A stretch of DNA of 64,000 nucleotides from an archaeon (GTDB taxonomy: Archaea > Undinarchaeota > CAZHTU01 > JBDRCC01): the NCBI GenBank assembly GCA_043822065.1, contig JBDRCC010000006.1, positions 9,673 to 73,672 of the forward strand, written 5' to 3'. Under the pieces are notes generated by a model that worked only from the letters and a program-made list of their open reading frames with translations, did no database searches and was not told the DNA's origin. This document shows positions 37,763 to 47,075 of this stretch, piece by piece. The position numbers and the translations under genes are program-made. Each line of letters opens with the position of its first letter. Position 1 is the stretch's first letter.

Positions 37763-37814
37763 GATGCCGCGGGCGCCACAATAACTACTTATAAGCCCCA
37801 GTAATTTTACCCAT

Positions 37815-38171
37815 ATGATAAGCCTAAAAAAAGCAAAACCCCAGAAAAAGAAGCCGAAAACCGCAGCAAAGCTGCCGCCAAAAAAGGCGCTAACCCTCCC
37901 GTACGAGGAGTTCAAGAACCTTATAGCCAAGCTCATTGTCCTGGACATCGCGGTGGAGAACGTCTTCAACCACGGCCCGACGCCGCGGATAGTCGCAAAC
38001 CTCTCCGCAGACAAGATAAACCTCCGCCAGGCGCTCAACTCCCTGAACGGGTCTTGCCCCGACTGCAAGCGGCTCTTTATAACCGTCGTTGACGAGCACA
38101 ACAAGCGCGCAGAGAACATCCAGAAGGAGAAGAAGAAAGAGGAGATGAAGTTCGACAGGCGCGTCTACTGA
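37815..38171 (+). CDS. Hypothetical basic protein (118 aa)
   Basis: Lys-rich N- and C-termini with a CPDC pair. No family recognised. Confidence 0.4.
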   Translation: MISLKKAKPQKKKPKTAAKLPPKKALTLPYEEFKNLIAKLIVLDIAVENVFNHGPTPRIVANLSADKINLRQALNSLNGSCPDCKRLFITVVDEHNKRAENIQKEKKKEEMKFDRRVY

Positions 38172-38902
38172 TGGTTGAGCCGTCTGTCTTAGCGATATCT
38201 ATACTTGTAATCCTGGTTGCCTACACTGTCAAAGGGTTCACAGGGTTCGGACCAGCCCTGATAAGTGTCCCCCTCCTCAGCATATTTTTGGACATCAAGT
38301 TTGTCCTTCCTGTCGTCCTCCTCCTCGACCTTGTTTCGTCTTCAATAATCCTCTGGCAGGAGCGCGGGAAAGTCCAGCTCAGGGGAGCCCTCCCGATCCT
38401 CCTTTTCTATGTCCTGGGCACCCTTGCTGGCTATTTTATCCTTGTCTCCATTTCAGCATCTGTGCTTGAGGCAGCCCTCGGGGCATTCATTATCATTTTT
38501 GCCATCAGGATTTTCCTCCGCAAAAACACGTCCAAGCTAAGCCGCAGGCTCGACACTTATGCGAAATCCGCAGCAGGGCTTGGAAGCGGAATTCTCGGCT
38601 CCCTGTTCGGCACGAACGGCCCGCCGCTTGTCATATACTACTCCCGCACCCTGGAGGACAAAAAGCAAATCCGCGCGGCTACAGCCCCGTTCTTTGTGAT
38701 AGACTGCCTTTGGAGGGGAGGGATGTACGCCTTTATCGGCATGTTCAGCGCGTCCACATTCGAGTTTTTTGGCTATCTCCTAATCCCGCTTCTCATTGGG
38801 GTGTTTATCGGCTCAAAACTGCACCTAAGAGTAGGCAAAGAAGCCTTCACAAAAGCGGTTGCTCTGATTTTAATAATCGCAGGGCTCAGGCTCCTGCTCT
38901 GA
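38171..38902 (+). CDS. TauE/SafE-family anion exporter
   Basis: 243 aa with 7-8 TM helices and a duplicated KGFTGFG / GLGSGILGSLFG pattern. Confidence 0.75.
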   Translation: MVEPSVLAISILVILVAYTVKGFTGFGPALISVPLLSIFLDIKFVLPVVLLLDLVSSSIILWQERGKVQLRGALPILLFYVLGTLAGYFILVSISASVLEAALGAFIIIFAIRIFLRKNTSKLSRRLDTYAKSAAGLGSGILGSLFGTNGPPLVIYYSRTLEDKKQIRAATAPFFVIDCLWRGGMYAFIGMFSASTFEFFGYLLIPLLIGVFIGSKLHLRVGKEAFTKAVALILIIAGLRLLL

Positions 38903-39856
38903 TCACTTCATGTAGATGTACCTGTCGAGCATCTTGTCGAAGACCCACGTCTCGCCGGTGTCCTCTATCTCAAGGAACGCCTTCACCTGGGAGTCGAAAT
39001 AGTCAGCGTAATGCAGGGTGGCTGCTTCCGGAATCTTCGGCCTCCTTGGCGAGCCCCATTCCAGCTCGCCATGGTGGCTTACCAGCATGTGGTCCAGCTT
39101 CATCTTCAGGTCTTCCGGGAAATTGCCAATTTTCTTTATCTTTTCCTGGAGCATTTCAGACCCTATTGAGATGTGCCCCCTGAGCCTTCCTTCGTCAGTG
39201 AACTCGATGCTTGTGGTAACCACATACTCCCGCATCTTCCCAATGTCGTGGAGAACCGCGCCAGCCATGAGCAGGTCCTTGTCCATCCAGGGGTAATAGC
39301 TTGAGCATGCCTCGCAAAGCTCAATGACGCCGACCGTGTGCTCCAAAAGCCCGCCAATGTACCCGTGGTGCCTCTTTTTTGAGCCAGGGCACCTTTTGAA
39401 GTCCTCTGCAAATTTCGGGTCGCTGAAAAACGCCTCGAGGAGCCTCCTCAGGTGCTCGTTCTTTATCGCAGCCTTTACCTCAAGCAAGTACTTGTAAAGG
39501 GCGTCCAGGTCGCGGGCGGACGTCTCGACGAAGTCCTCCGTTTCGTAATCCGTGGTCTTTTCGAGCGTGTTGTAGTTAGCATCAACAGCCAGCTGGGCTT
39601 CGCCCTGGTAGTCCTTGACGCTCCCGCTGACGTTTATGACATCGCCTACGTTCAGGCTGCTATAGAGGCTCTTTGTCTGCCCCGAGTCTTTTCCCCAGTA
39701 CCGCAGGCTTACGTCGCCGGTCGCATCCCCGACGGTCAGCCCGAACCAGTACCCTTCCTTGTCCTTGTACTTGTTCAGCCCCGCCTTGTGGCGGACGGCA
39801 TACTTCGAGTTGGTGTCCATCCCCACCGTAAGCTCTTTTATGAATTCGCGTTTCAT
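38903..39856 (-). CDS. OB-fold plus HD-domain nuclease/phosphohydrolase (YhaM/Cbf1-like)
   Basis: N-terminal OB-like region (FGLTVGDATGDVSLRYWG) and the HD motif AVLHDIGK. Confidence 0.75.
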   Translation of the reverse strand: MKREFIKELTVGMDTNSKYAVRHKAGLNKYKDKEGYWFGLTVGDATGDVSLRYWGKDSGQTKSLYSSLNVGDVINVSGSVKDYQGEAQLAVDANYNTLEKTTDYETEDFVETSARDLDALYKYLLEVKAAIKNEHLRRLLEAFFSDPKFAEDFKRCPGSKKRHHGYIGGLLEHTVGVIELCEACSSYYPWMDKDLLMAGAVLHDIGKMREYVVTTSIEFTDEGRLRGHISIGSEMLQEKIKKIGNFPEDLKMKLDHMLVSHHGELEWGSPRRPKIPEAATLHYADYFDSQVKAFLEIEDTGETWVFDKMLDRYIYMK

Positions 39857-39922
39857 CCGAGGGTACTAAGCGCTTCCCCTATTTATTTATATCCCCCTTC
39901 CATCTAGTTGTGGGGGTGCATC

Positions 39923-40513
39923 ATGCCTCACAAGAAACCCATGCCGAAATCCCAGCAGAAAAGGATTCTAATGGTAATCGCCCCATCTGGCTACAGGCCT
40001 GCCGAGCTTTACGAGCCGAAGAACATACTGGAGGGCTATGGCGCCTCAGTCGTTGTTGCTTCAAAAAATGCAGGGGTCATCCACGGGATGCCTGTCGACG
40101 AGCCGGAGTGGCAGACTGCAGTCGCGGACGTCAGCCTTGGCGACGTCAGCGTCTCGGATTATGACGCAGTCCTCTTCATAGGCGGCGCAGGGGTGCGCGA
40201 GATATGGAACGACCGCCAGTACACCAGCCTGGCAAGGGCGGCGGCTGACGCAGGCATACTGATAGGCGCAATATGCATCGCGCCGATGATACTCGCGAAC
40301 GCAAACCTCCTCTCCGGCAAGAAGTCCACAATCCACGGAAGCGAGGCATCGACTTTCATCTCGAAGGGGCCAAATTATGTTGACTCTGACGTCGTCCGGT
40401 CAGGGAACATAATAACTGCAGCAGGGCCGCACGCCGCCTCAGATTTTGCCGAAGCCGTGGCAGAGGCTATCGGGCTTGCAAAGTCCCTAAAAACAGACAG
40501 GGATGCTAGCTGA
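39923..40513 (+). CDS. DJ-1/PfpI-family protein
   Basis: KRILMVIAPSGYRPAELYEP..., nucleophile elbow AICIAP, and GGAG. ATG 39923 with a GGGGGTG SD. It shares a TATA region with the divergent gene. Confidence 0.85.
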   Translation: MPHKKPMPKSQQKRILMVIAPSGYRPAELYEPKNILEGYGASVVVASKNAGVIHGMPVDEPEWQTAVADVSLGDVSVSDYDAVLFIGGAGVREIWNDRQYTSLARAAADAGILIGAICIAPMILANANLLSGKKSTIHGSEASTFISKGPNYVDSDVVRSGNIITAAGPHAASDFAEAVAEAIGLAKSLKTDRDAS

Positions 40514-40568
40514 CCGCATTTGTTAAGAATATCACGGGCATAGTCCTGATTGAAACGGGGATGACAAG

Positions 40569-41926
40569 TTGACGTCGCTCACATTTTACGGAGGGGTCAG
40601 GGAGATAGGCGGAAACAAGATACTGCTCGAGGGCGGCGACGCCCGCGTGTTCTTTGATTTCGGCCAGTCCTTTGACTTCGGGAAAAAATGGTTTATAGAC
40701 TGGCTCCAGCCAAGGCAGAATACCGGGCTAAAAGACTACTTCGAGTTCGGGCTGATGCCGAGGATACCCGGGCTTTACTCCAAGGAGAACCTTGGTCCGA
40801 CAGACCTCCTCTACAAGGAGCCGGAATTCGACGGAATCTTCCTGAGCCACGCCCACATGGACCACGTCGACCACATCAAGTTTGCAGACCCAAAAATCCC
40901 AATCCACTGCGGCGAGGCGACAGAGGCGTTCATCAAGGCGCACGAGGCGACGTCTCCCTTCGCTTCCTACGGCGCCCATGAGTACAGGACATTCCGCACC
41001 GGCAAAAAAATCAAGGTCCACGGGCTTGAGGTTGTCCCGGTTCACGTCGACCACTCAATACCAGGCGCCTATGCCTACATAATCCACGCCCCGGACCTGA
41101 CATTGGCATACACCGGAGACTTCCGCCTCCACGGGCCAAAAAGCGGGCTGTCCGCCGATTTCATCAAATCTGCGGCAGAAGAGAAAATAGACGTCCTTAT
41201 ATCTGAGGGCACCCGCATGGCGCCAGCCGAAACGAGGCAGAACTTCACCGAGCAGAAAGTTTCGGAAATCGTGGACGGGACAATCGGCGCCCAGAAGAAG
41301 CTCGTCGTCACCACCTGCTATTCCCGCGACCTGACAGGTTCCAGACCTACTACAATGCGTCAAAAAAGCACGGAAGGACATACGTCATCCTGCCGAGGAT
41401 GGCCTACCTGATAGACAACGTCAGGAAGTTCCTCCCCCACCTGCCGGACATATTCGATGACGGCAACAACGTCAAAGTCTACTTCAAGAAAAAGAAGTCC
41501 GGGAACTATGACGAAAAGGACTACTACAAATGGGAGCGCCCCTACCTCGACCAGCTCGTGGGCTCTGAGGAAATCAGCGGGAACCAGGGCAAGTACGTGC
41601 TTTACCTCACATTCTATCAGTTCGCACAGCTCATAGACATCCGCCCAGAGCCAGGCAGCGATTTCATCCGCTCGCTTAGCGAGCCGTTCAGCGAGGAGGA
41701 CCTTGAGGAGCCGATTCTCCACAGGTGGATTGAGCACTTCAAGCTGAAATTCACACAGGCGCACGCTTCAGGGCACATTGCCGCGAAGGAGCTTGAAGAG
41801 GCAATAGGCAAAATCTCGCCAAAAAAGCTGATTCCAATCCACACGGAACACCCGGAAATGTTCAATAAGTTCCATCCCGATGTCCTTTCCGTGAAATTTG
41901 GGACTAAATACGACCTAAGCCCCTAG
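40569..41926 (+). pseudogene. RNase J-like beta-CASP metallo-beta-lactamase, interrupted by a 1-nt frameshift
   Basis: N-terminal GGVREIGGN, SHAHMDHVDH and VLISEG motifs (ORF 40569-41411). The C-terminal part with HASGH...LIPIHTE is in the -1/+1 frame (open from ~41320 to 41926). The frames meet at CGCGACCTGACAGG (~41331-41336); one extra G would restore ...SRDLDRFQTYYNASKKHGRTYVILPRMAYL... Confidence 0.7.
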
Positions 41927-42387
41927 TTGAAGTGGTACGACAGGGACTTGTTTCCCCCGTACTTCTGCTCGATTTGGCTTTTGAGCCTCTTCTGCTCGCC
42001 GCTTCCGATTATTATGCTCTTAAAATGCGGGAAATACCTCTTCCTCCAGCACCATGCATCCTTGGTGAACGGTATCCAGCTCTTTACGTAGAATGTGTAC
42101 CCTTTGCCATCAGACTCACGCTCAAGATAGCTCATCAGGGACGCTAATATGACTGAGGCTATGCCGTTGCCCCTCTCGCTGTCCTTTATCATGACCTCCT
42201 TGACAAGGGCAGACCTGTAGTTCACCATCTTTACGTAGCTCCCAATTGCCCGCCTCTTTCCAATAAAAACTAGAAGGTACCCCACCTTGCCGCCGTCCTT
42301 GTAGCAGACAAACCGGTGCCTGTCCCAGATTGGCCTGCTAATGGTGCTTTCCCTTGCGATTATGTACCTATCCATCCTATAATACAC
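41923..42387 (-). CDS. GNAT-family N-acetyltransferase
   Basis: Motif A-like VMIKDSERGNGIASVILASLMSYL in a 154-aa protein. Confidence 0.6.
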   Translation of the reverse strand: MYYRMDRYIIARESTISRPIWDRHRFVCYKDGGKVGYLLVFIGKRRAIGSYVKMVNYRSALVKEVMIKDSERGNGIASVILASLMSYLERESDGKGYTFYVKSWIPFTKDAWCWRKRYFPHFKSIIIGSGEQKRLKSQIEQKYGGNKSLSYHFN

Positions 42388-42419
42388 TACTCAGACTGGA
42401 ATATAAACTTAATCCCGAA

Positions 42420-42707
42420 TCAGGCTTTCGGCGGCTCAGGCTTGCAGCGGAAGTGCACCTTCTCATCCTTGGCGCTTTCGACAATTGTCCTCGTCACTTT
42501 GCCAAGCTTGCCCTCAGACGCGTCGTTTTTTGGGTTCACGTCCAGGATAAATGCAATGCTGTGGGTTTTCTCCATCTGCATCGTCATGTTCATTACCGGG
42601 TCGTCTTCCTTTTCCGGGGTAGGCATATTCTTGTCTATTATACCCTTCAGCTTATGCAGGCTGTTTTGGTCAAACAGGCTGACCACCAGCCGGTATGCTC
42701 CACCCAT
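42420..42707 (-). CDS. Hypothetical protein (95 aa)
   Basis: The ORF is in the same orientation as its neighbours. No motif recognised. Confidence 0.35.
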   Translation of the reverse strand: MGGAYRLVVSLFDQNSLHKLKGIIDKNMPTPEKEDDPVMNMTMQMEKTHSIAFILDVNPKNDASEGKLGKVTRTIVESAKDEKVHFRCKPEPPKA

Positions 42708-42744
42708 AAAATAGCTAAGTCTCGCGGAAAATAAAAACCTATGC

Positions 42745-42951
42745 CTAAGGCACCTTTATGTCAAAATACTTCTCGAGGACGTCCCCGTTTGGCATCATCC
42801 CGCTGGGGATTGGATGGTTCTTTTCTATCAGCTTCCTGCGCTCGCAGTCATAGCAGTTCCCCTCGCAGTAGTTGCATATCCACAGCCTGCCGTTTTTGGA
42901 GTCTTTCAGCTGTTTGTACAACTCGCAGGCACCGGCATAGCTGCACTTCAT
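42745..42951 (-). CDS. Small Cys-rich putative metal-binding protein (68 aa, 7 Cys)
   Basis: C-x5-C ... C-x2-C-x3-C-x2-C pattern (MKCSYAGACELY...WICNYCEGNCYDCERR). It is divergent from the methyltransferase gene. Confidence 0.45.
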   Translation of the reverse strand: MKCSYAGACELYKQLKDSKNGRLWICNYCEGNCYDCERRKLIEKNHPIPSGMMPNGDVLEKYFDIKVP

Positions 42952-43045
42952 GCCAAGAAAATATCATAAATCCGTAAATACCTTCCGTATTAGAGGTATA
43001 TACGCACTCCAAAAAATTCTTTAACAGCAAAGCCATTACTGTCTT

Positions 43046-43903
43046 GTGAAAACCTCGCACCACATCTACTTCAAAGACGCGTCCTGCATGGAGGATGTCC
43101 CTGACGAAAGCGTCAACTTGGTAATTACCTCCCCACCTTATCCCATGATTGAGATGTGGGACGATATGTTCACCAAGGCAGACCCGGCGATAGGCTCGCT
43201 CTTCCGCTCCCTCGAGTCGAGCCAGTCTGAGGATGACGTCTCAAAAATCTACTCGCGCATGCACCTGTATCTTGGCAAGGTGTGGAGCGAGTGCTTCCGC
43301 GTCCTTGCGAACGGCGGGATTGCATGCATCAACATCGGCGACGCCACGAGAAACATCAACGGAAACTACCGCCTTTTCCCAAACCATTCGAGAATACTTC
43401 ACGCATTCGACAACCTTGGCTTCATCACCCTGCCTTATGTCCTCTGGAGCAAGCCGACAAACAAGCCGAACGCGTTCCTTGGCTCAGGCTTCCTGCCGCC
43501 GAATGCCTATGTCACAGTTGATGCGGAGTACATCCTGATATTCCGCAAGGGCGGGCTGCGCCATTTTACGCCCCACCATAGGATACGGTATGCCAGCAAG
43601 TTCACAAAAGCAGAGCGGGACACTTGGTTCAGCCAGATATGGACGCTGAAGGGGGCAAAACAGCAGAATCCAGCCATCCTGCGCAGGACTGGCGCCTACC
43701 CCCAGGAGATATCCGACCGCCTCGTGAAGATGTTTTCAATAGCCGGCGACACCATCCTCGACCCATTTCTGGGCACAGGCACGACAATCAAAAGCGCGAT
43801 AGCCCACGGCCGCAGCTCAATCGGCTACGAAATAGACAAGTCGCTCAAGCCAGTGATAAAGCAAAAGCTCGGAATCAGCGCAGAAGTCGGCCTCTCGGAT
43901 TGA
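43046..43903 (+). CDS. Beta-class DNA methyltransferase (SPPY motif; N4-cytosine or N6-adenine)
   Basis: Motif IV LVITSPPYP precedes motif I DPFLGTGTT, which is the beta-class order. GTG start. No recognisable endonuclease is adjacent. Confidence 0.85.
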   Translation: MKTSHHIYFKDASCMEDVPDESVNLVITSPPYPMIEMWDDMFTKADPAIGSLFRSLESSQSEDDVSKIYSRMHLYLGKVWSECFRVLANGGIACINIGDATRNINGNYRLFPNHSRILHAFDNLGFITLPYVLWSKPTNKPNAFLGSGFLPPNAYVTVDAEYILIFRKGGLRHFTPHHRIRYASKFTKAERDTWFSQIWTLKGAKQQNPAILRRTGAYPQEISDRLVKMFSIAGDTILDPFLGTGTTIKSAIAHGRSSIGYEIDKSLKPVIKQKLGISAEVGLSD

Positions 43904-43933
43904 TTTTTATATCCTGCCTGCCATAGATAGGAT

Positions 43934-44569
43934 ATGACGCGGATAAAGCACGGCGGAGTCATCGTCGAGCACTATGCCTTTGACTACAACGAGCCGAACG
44001 GCGACGAGAAAAAGTTTCTGCTGCGCAAGGCTGCGCTCCTAGAACTGCTCCTCCAGAACTTCTATTCGACAAAGGGCATCTTTCCACACATTCCAGTCCA
44101 GGGCCCGATAAGCTTCGAGACAATGCTGCAAACCAACGACGACGAATTCATCAAGCGCCTTATATTCGACCACACCCTTCGCGGCGGGAGCATGGGGAAG
44201 TACTGCGACGAGGCATGGCTCCTCTACTACAAGGGAAAAGTCGCCGGCTTCTCTTCGATAATAACTAACTGGTACAACTATCCAGACACCTGCGAGCGTG
44301 CCAGCCACGACTTTCCAAAAGCTACGAAGGGCTTCAGGCTCGCAGACCACGCAATGGTCCTCGACATCTGCGTGCACCCGGATTATGCGGGTATCGGGCT
44401 CGGCACTGCCCTGCTTGATGCAGTATTCCACAGGATAAAGCTCCTTAAAAGAAAGCCCGTCGCATATATCCGCGAAGGCCTGAAGTCCAAAGGGCTGTTC
44501 GAGAAGGCAGGCGGGAAAATAAAGGAAAGCGACTCTGAAAACGGCTTGTTCACAGTCTGCTTCCAGTAG
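43934..44569 (+). CDS. GNAT-family N-acetyltransferase
   Basis: VLDICVHPDYAGIGLGTALLDAVFHRI motif A in a 211-aa protein. Confidence 0.6.
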   Translation: MTRIKHGGVIVEHYAFDYNEPNGDEKKFLLRKAALLELLLQNFYSTKGIFPHIPVQGPISFETMLQTNDDEFIKRLIFDHTLRGGSMGKYCDEAWLLYYKGKVAGFSSIITNWYNYPDTCERASHDFPKATKGFRLADHAMVLDICVHPDYAGIGLGTALLDAVFHRIKLLKRKPVAYIREGLKSKGLFEKAGGKIKESDSENGLFTVCFQ

Positions 44570-44570
44570 C

Positions 44571-46235
44571 CTATTTTACCTGGTCAATAAAGCCGAGGCT
44601 CTCAGGAAGCGCCTTGCTGAGTATCCTTACTCCTTCCGCGATATTCTCAATCGTCGGCTTGCTGAAGTTTACCCTTGCCGTGTTCTTGTGCGTTTCAGGG
44701 TTTAGCGCGTAAAAGTCCTCACCTGGGACGATTGCCACACGGTTAAGGAACTCTTTGAAATCAGGATTGTCACTCTTCAGGGCGTCGTTCAAGTTCGTCA
44801 TGTATTCCTTGTCCAAAAGCCTCTTGTTGACGACCTCATTGGCGTCAAAGTTGTCCGGTCCCGTAAGCCAGAGGAACATGCCGCCTTCCGGCTTCGTCCA
44901 CCTGAAGCCAAACCTCTGGAGCCCGCTCTCCTCCAGCGCGTCAAGCATGGCGTCCCGCTTCCCTTTGTACATCTTTTTTATGTTTTTGATATGCCCGCTG
45001 ACAATGTCTCCTTCCATCAGGAACTCATATGCGAGCCACTGGCTTAGGCTTGAGGAGTGCAGGTCGTAGGACTGCTTAGCCTGGACAAGCTTGTCGACGA
45101 TGTCTTTTCTGGCAATCATGCAGCCAAGCCTAATCCCCGGTGCAAAAATCTTAGAGAATGAGCCTAGGTAGACGACAATATCCTCAGTGTCAAACGACTT
45201 TATTGGCGGCAGATATTTGCCTTCATACCGCAGTGAGCCGTACGGGTCGTCCTCGATTATCAACGTCTTATACTTCGACTCAAGCCCCTTGAACTGTGAA
45301 TTGTGCTCGCAAACGACTGCATATATCTCCTTTCGGGCGTCGAGGGAAGTTGTAACTCCCGCTGGGTTCTGGAAATTTGGGATAAGGTAAACGAACTTCG
45401 GGTGATGCTTTTCAAGGACTTTCTTAAGGTCAGACGGCTTAGGGCCATCCATCCCAAGCTCAAGCTCGTGGAACTTTGAAGTATGCATCCTGAACGGCCC
45501 AAGGGCGCCAGTGTATGTCGGCGCCTCGACCACAATCGAGTCCCATTTGTTGACAAGTATGTGCGCAAGCCCGAAAAGCGCCTGCTGGGAGCCTGCAGTA
45601 ATCATGATGTTGTGCGGCGTCTGGTCCTTTATCTTAAGCGTCTTTTCCGCAACTTCCAGCGTCTTCAGCCTGAGCTCCTCAAGCCCTGATGTCTCGTCGT
45701 ACTGGAGCGCCCGCCTCGCCTTTGCAAAGTCGTTCTGCTTCAGTAGTATCTTATCGTTTAGGAGAGAGCCTATGACCTCAATCGGGAAGGACTTCGGGTC
45801 GGGGATGCCGCCTGCGAAGGAGATTATGTCCTTTTCCTTCAGGACTGCCAAAAGCTGCCTTATCACGCTTGACCTCATGTTCTGGGCGGTCACGGAAAAC
45901 AGCGAGTTGAAGTTTATGCTCTCTATGTTCGGGACGAACATGTCGACAATGCTCCTGTCGAATGGCCTCCAGCCATCTATCTCCTTCTTCTGCTCTAGTT
46001 TGTTGAAATGGCCCCTAATGAACTGCTTTATCTCCTCCTCGGTCATTGGATTGGTCAGGTCCAGGAAAAACCTGTCGCCCGCGCCAAAATCCTGCACCCA
46101 GTACTTCTCAAAGATTTCCCAGCTTTTCGTCAGCTCTAGTATGCGCTCTAGGACATGGTACGGGTGCCTGTCGTCTGCACGGTCAACATGGAAATAAACC
46201 TCAATCGTCTTGAATTTCGGTGCGTCTCTCGCCAT
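44571..46235 (-). CDS. Class I/II (ARO8/LysN-type) PLP aminotransferase with a ~130-aa N-terminal extension
   Basis: IISFAGGIPDPKSFP, the SFSKIFAPGIRLG Lys motif and overall colinearity with the 412-aa paralog at 51776-53014. The first ~130 aa have no counterpart in the paralog. Confidence 0.85.
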   Translation of the reverse strand: MARDAPKFKTIEVYFHVDRADDRHPYHVLERILELTKSWEIFEKYWVQDFGAGDRFFLDLTNPMTEEEIKQFIRGHFNKLEQKKEIDGWRPFDRSIVDMFVPNIESINFNSLFSVTAQNMRSSVIRQLLAVLKEKDIISFAGGIPDPKSFPIEVIGSLLNDKILLKQNDFAKARRALQYDETSGLEELRLKTLEVAEKTLKIKDQTPHNIMITAGSQQALFGLAHILVNKWDSIVVEAPTYTGALGPFRMHTSKFHELELGMDGPKPSDLKKVLEKHHPKFVYLIPNFQNPAGVTTSLDARKEIYAVVCEHNSQFKGLESKYKTLIIEDDPYGSLRYEGKYLPPIKSFDTEDIVVYLGSFSKIFAPGIRLGCMIARKDIVDKLVQAKQSYDLHSSSLSQWLAYEFLMEGDIVSGHIKNIKKMYKGKRDAMLDALEESGLQRFGFRWTKPEGGMFLWLTGPDNFDANEVVNKRLLDKEYMTNLNDALKSDNPDFKEFLNRVAIVPGEDFYALNPETHKNTARVNFSKPTIENIAEGVRILSKALPESLGFIDQVK

Positions 46236-46314
46236 CGCTCTAATATTTGCACTCCTCTTATTTAAATCCTTCTACCAGGATATGTTTTTATAATTCTGCC
46301 GCCTTAGTACTACC

Positions 46315-47061
46315 ATGGAAATCAAAAAGCAGTTCGAGCCGGCATACACCTCCGTTACAGTATCACTCGCCGAAGGCGAGTCAATACGCGCCGAAGGCGG
46401 CGCCATGATGTCCCATTCGCCCCACGTAAAGATGGAGACCCAGATGCGGGACAAGTCCGTGCTGAAGTCCCTCAAGGTAATGGTCCTCGGGGCGGAGACC
46501 TTTTTCCTAAACAAGTTTACCGCCACAAATGGCCCTGGCGACGTCACCCTTGCGCCTGCCTTCCCTGGCGATATCACTACAATCGACCTCAATGGGAACG
46601 GCTATATCATCCAGTCCGGCTCCTACATGGCAAGCGAAAATGGCGTCGACATCGACACCAAATGGCAGGGGCTGAAGGGAATCCTTGCCGAAGGCGACCT
46701 TTTCTTCCTGCACGCTACCGGAAACGGAAATGTTCTCATCGCTTCCTTTGGCGGCATGGAGGCTTTCCAGCTAAACAAAGGCGAGGAGTACATCGTCGAC
46801 AGCGGGCACCTCGTCGCTTTTGAGGACTCGATACAGTACGACGTCGAACTCGTCAAAGGGTTAAAATCAATAGCATTCTCCGGCGAGGGGCTAATCTGCA
46901 GGATGCGGGGGCCCGGCTGGGTAATTACCCAGTCCAGGTCTGTCGGCTCGTTCATCTCCTGGCTGATGCCATACCTGCCAAAGCAGTCCACAAAAATGAA
47001 CGAGCGGGGCGATGCGGCCGCGCTTGCCGGAAGCATGATCGGCAGGCGGATGGGGATATAG
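46315..47061 (+). CDS. AIM24/TIGR00266-family protein
   Basis: Typical ...GESIRAEGGAMM...GPGDVTLAP.FPGDI...GSYMAS...GEGLF..RMRGPGWV pattern. Confidence 0.75.
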   Translation: MEIKKQFEPAYTSVTVSLAEGESIRAEGGAMMSHSPHVKMETQMRDKSVLKSLKVMVLGAETFFLNKFTATNGPGDVTLAPAFPGDITTIDLNGNGYIIQSGSYMASENGVDIDTKWQGLKGILAEGDLFFLHATGNGNVLIASFGGMEAFQLNKGEEYIVDSGHLVAFEDSIQYDVELVKGLKSIAFSGEGLICRMRGPGWVITQSRSVGSFISWLMPYLPKQSTKMNERGDAAALAGSMIGRRMGI

Positions 47062-47075
47062 CACGGATAGTTGCA

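Noticed and set aside
37792-37812. TAAGCCCCA plus ATTTTAC upstream of the 37815 gene as another rnpB-derived repeat
   Set aside because: Only a 9-mer matches (about 0.5 chance hits expected per window). The parts are in inconsistent relative orientation. The sequence is adequately explained as the TATA region (ACTTATAAG) of the downstream gene.
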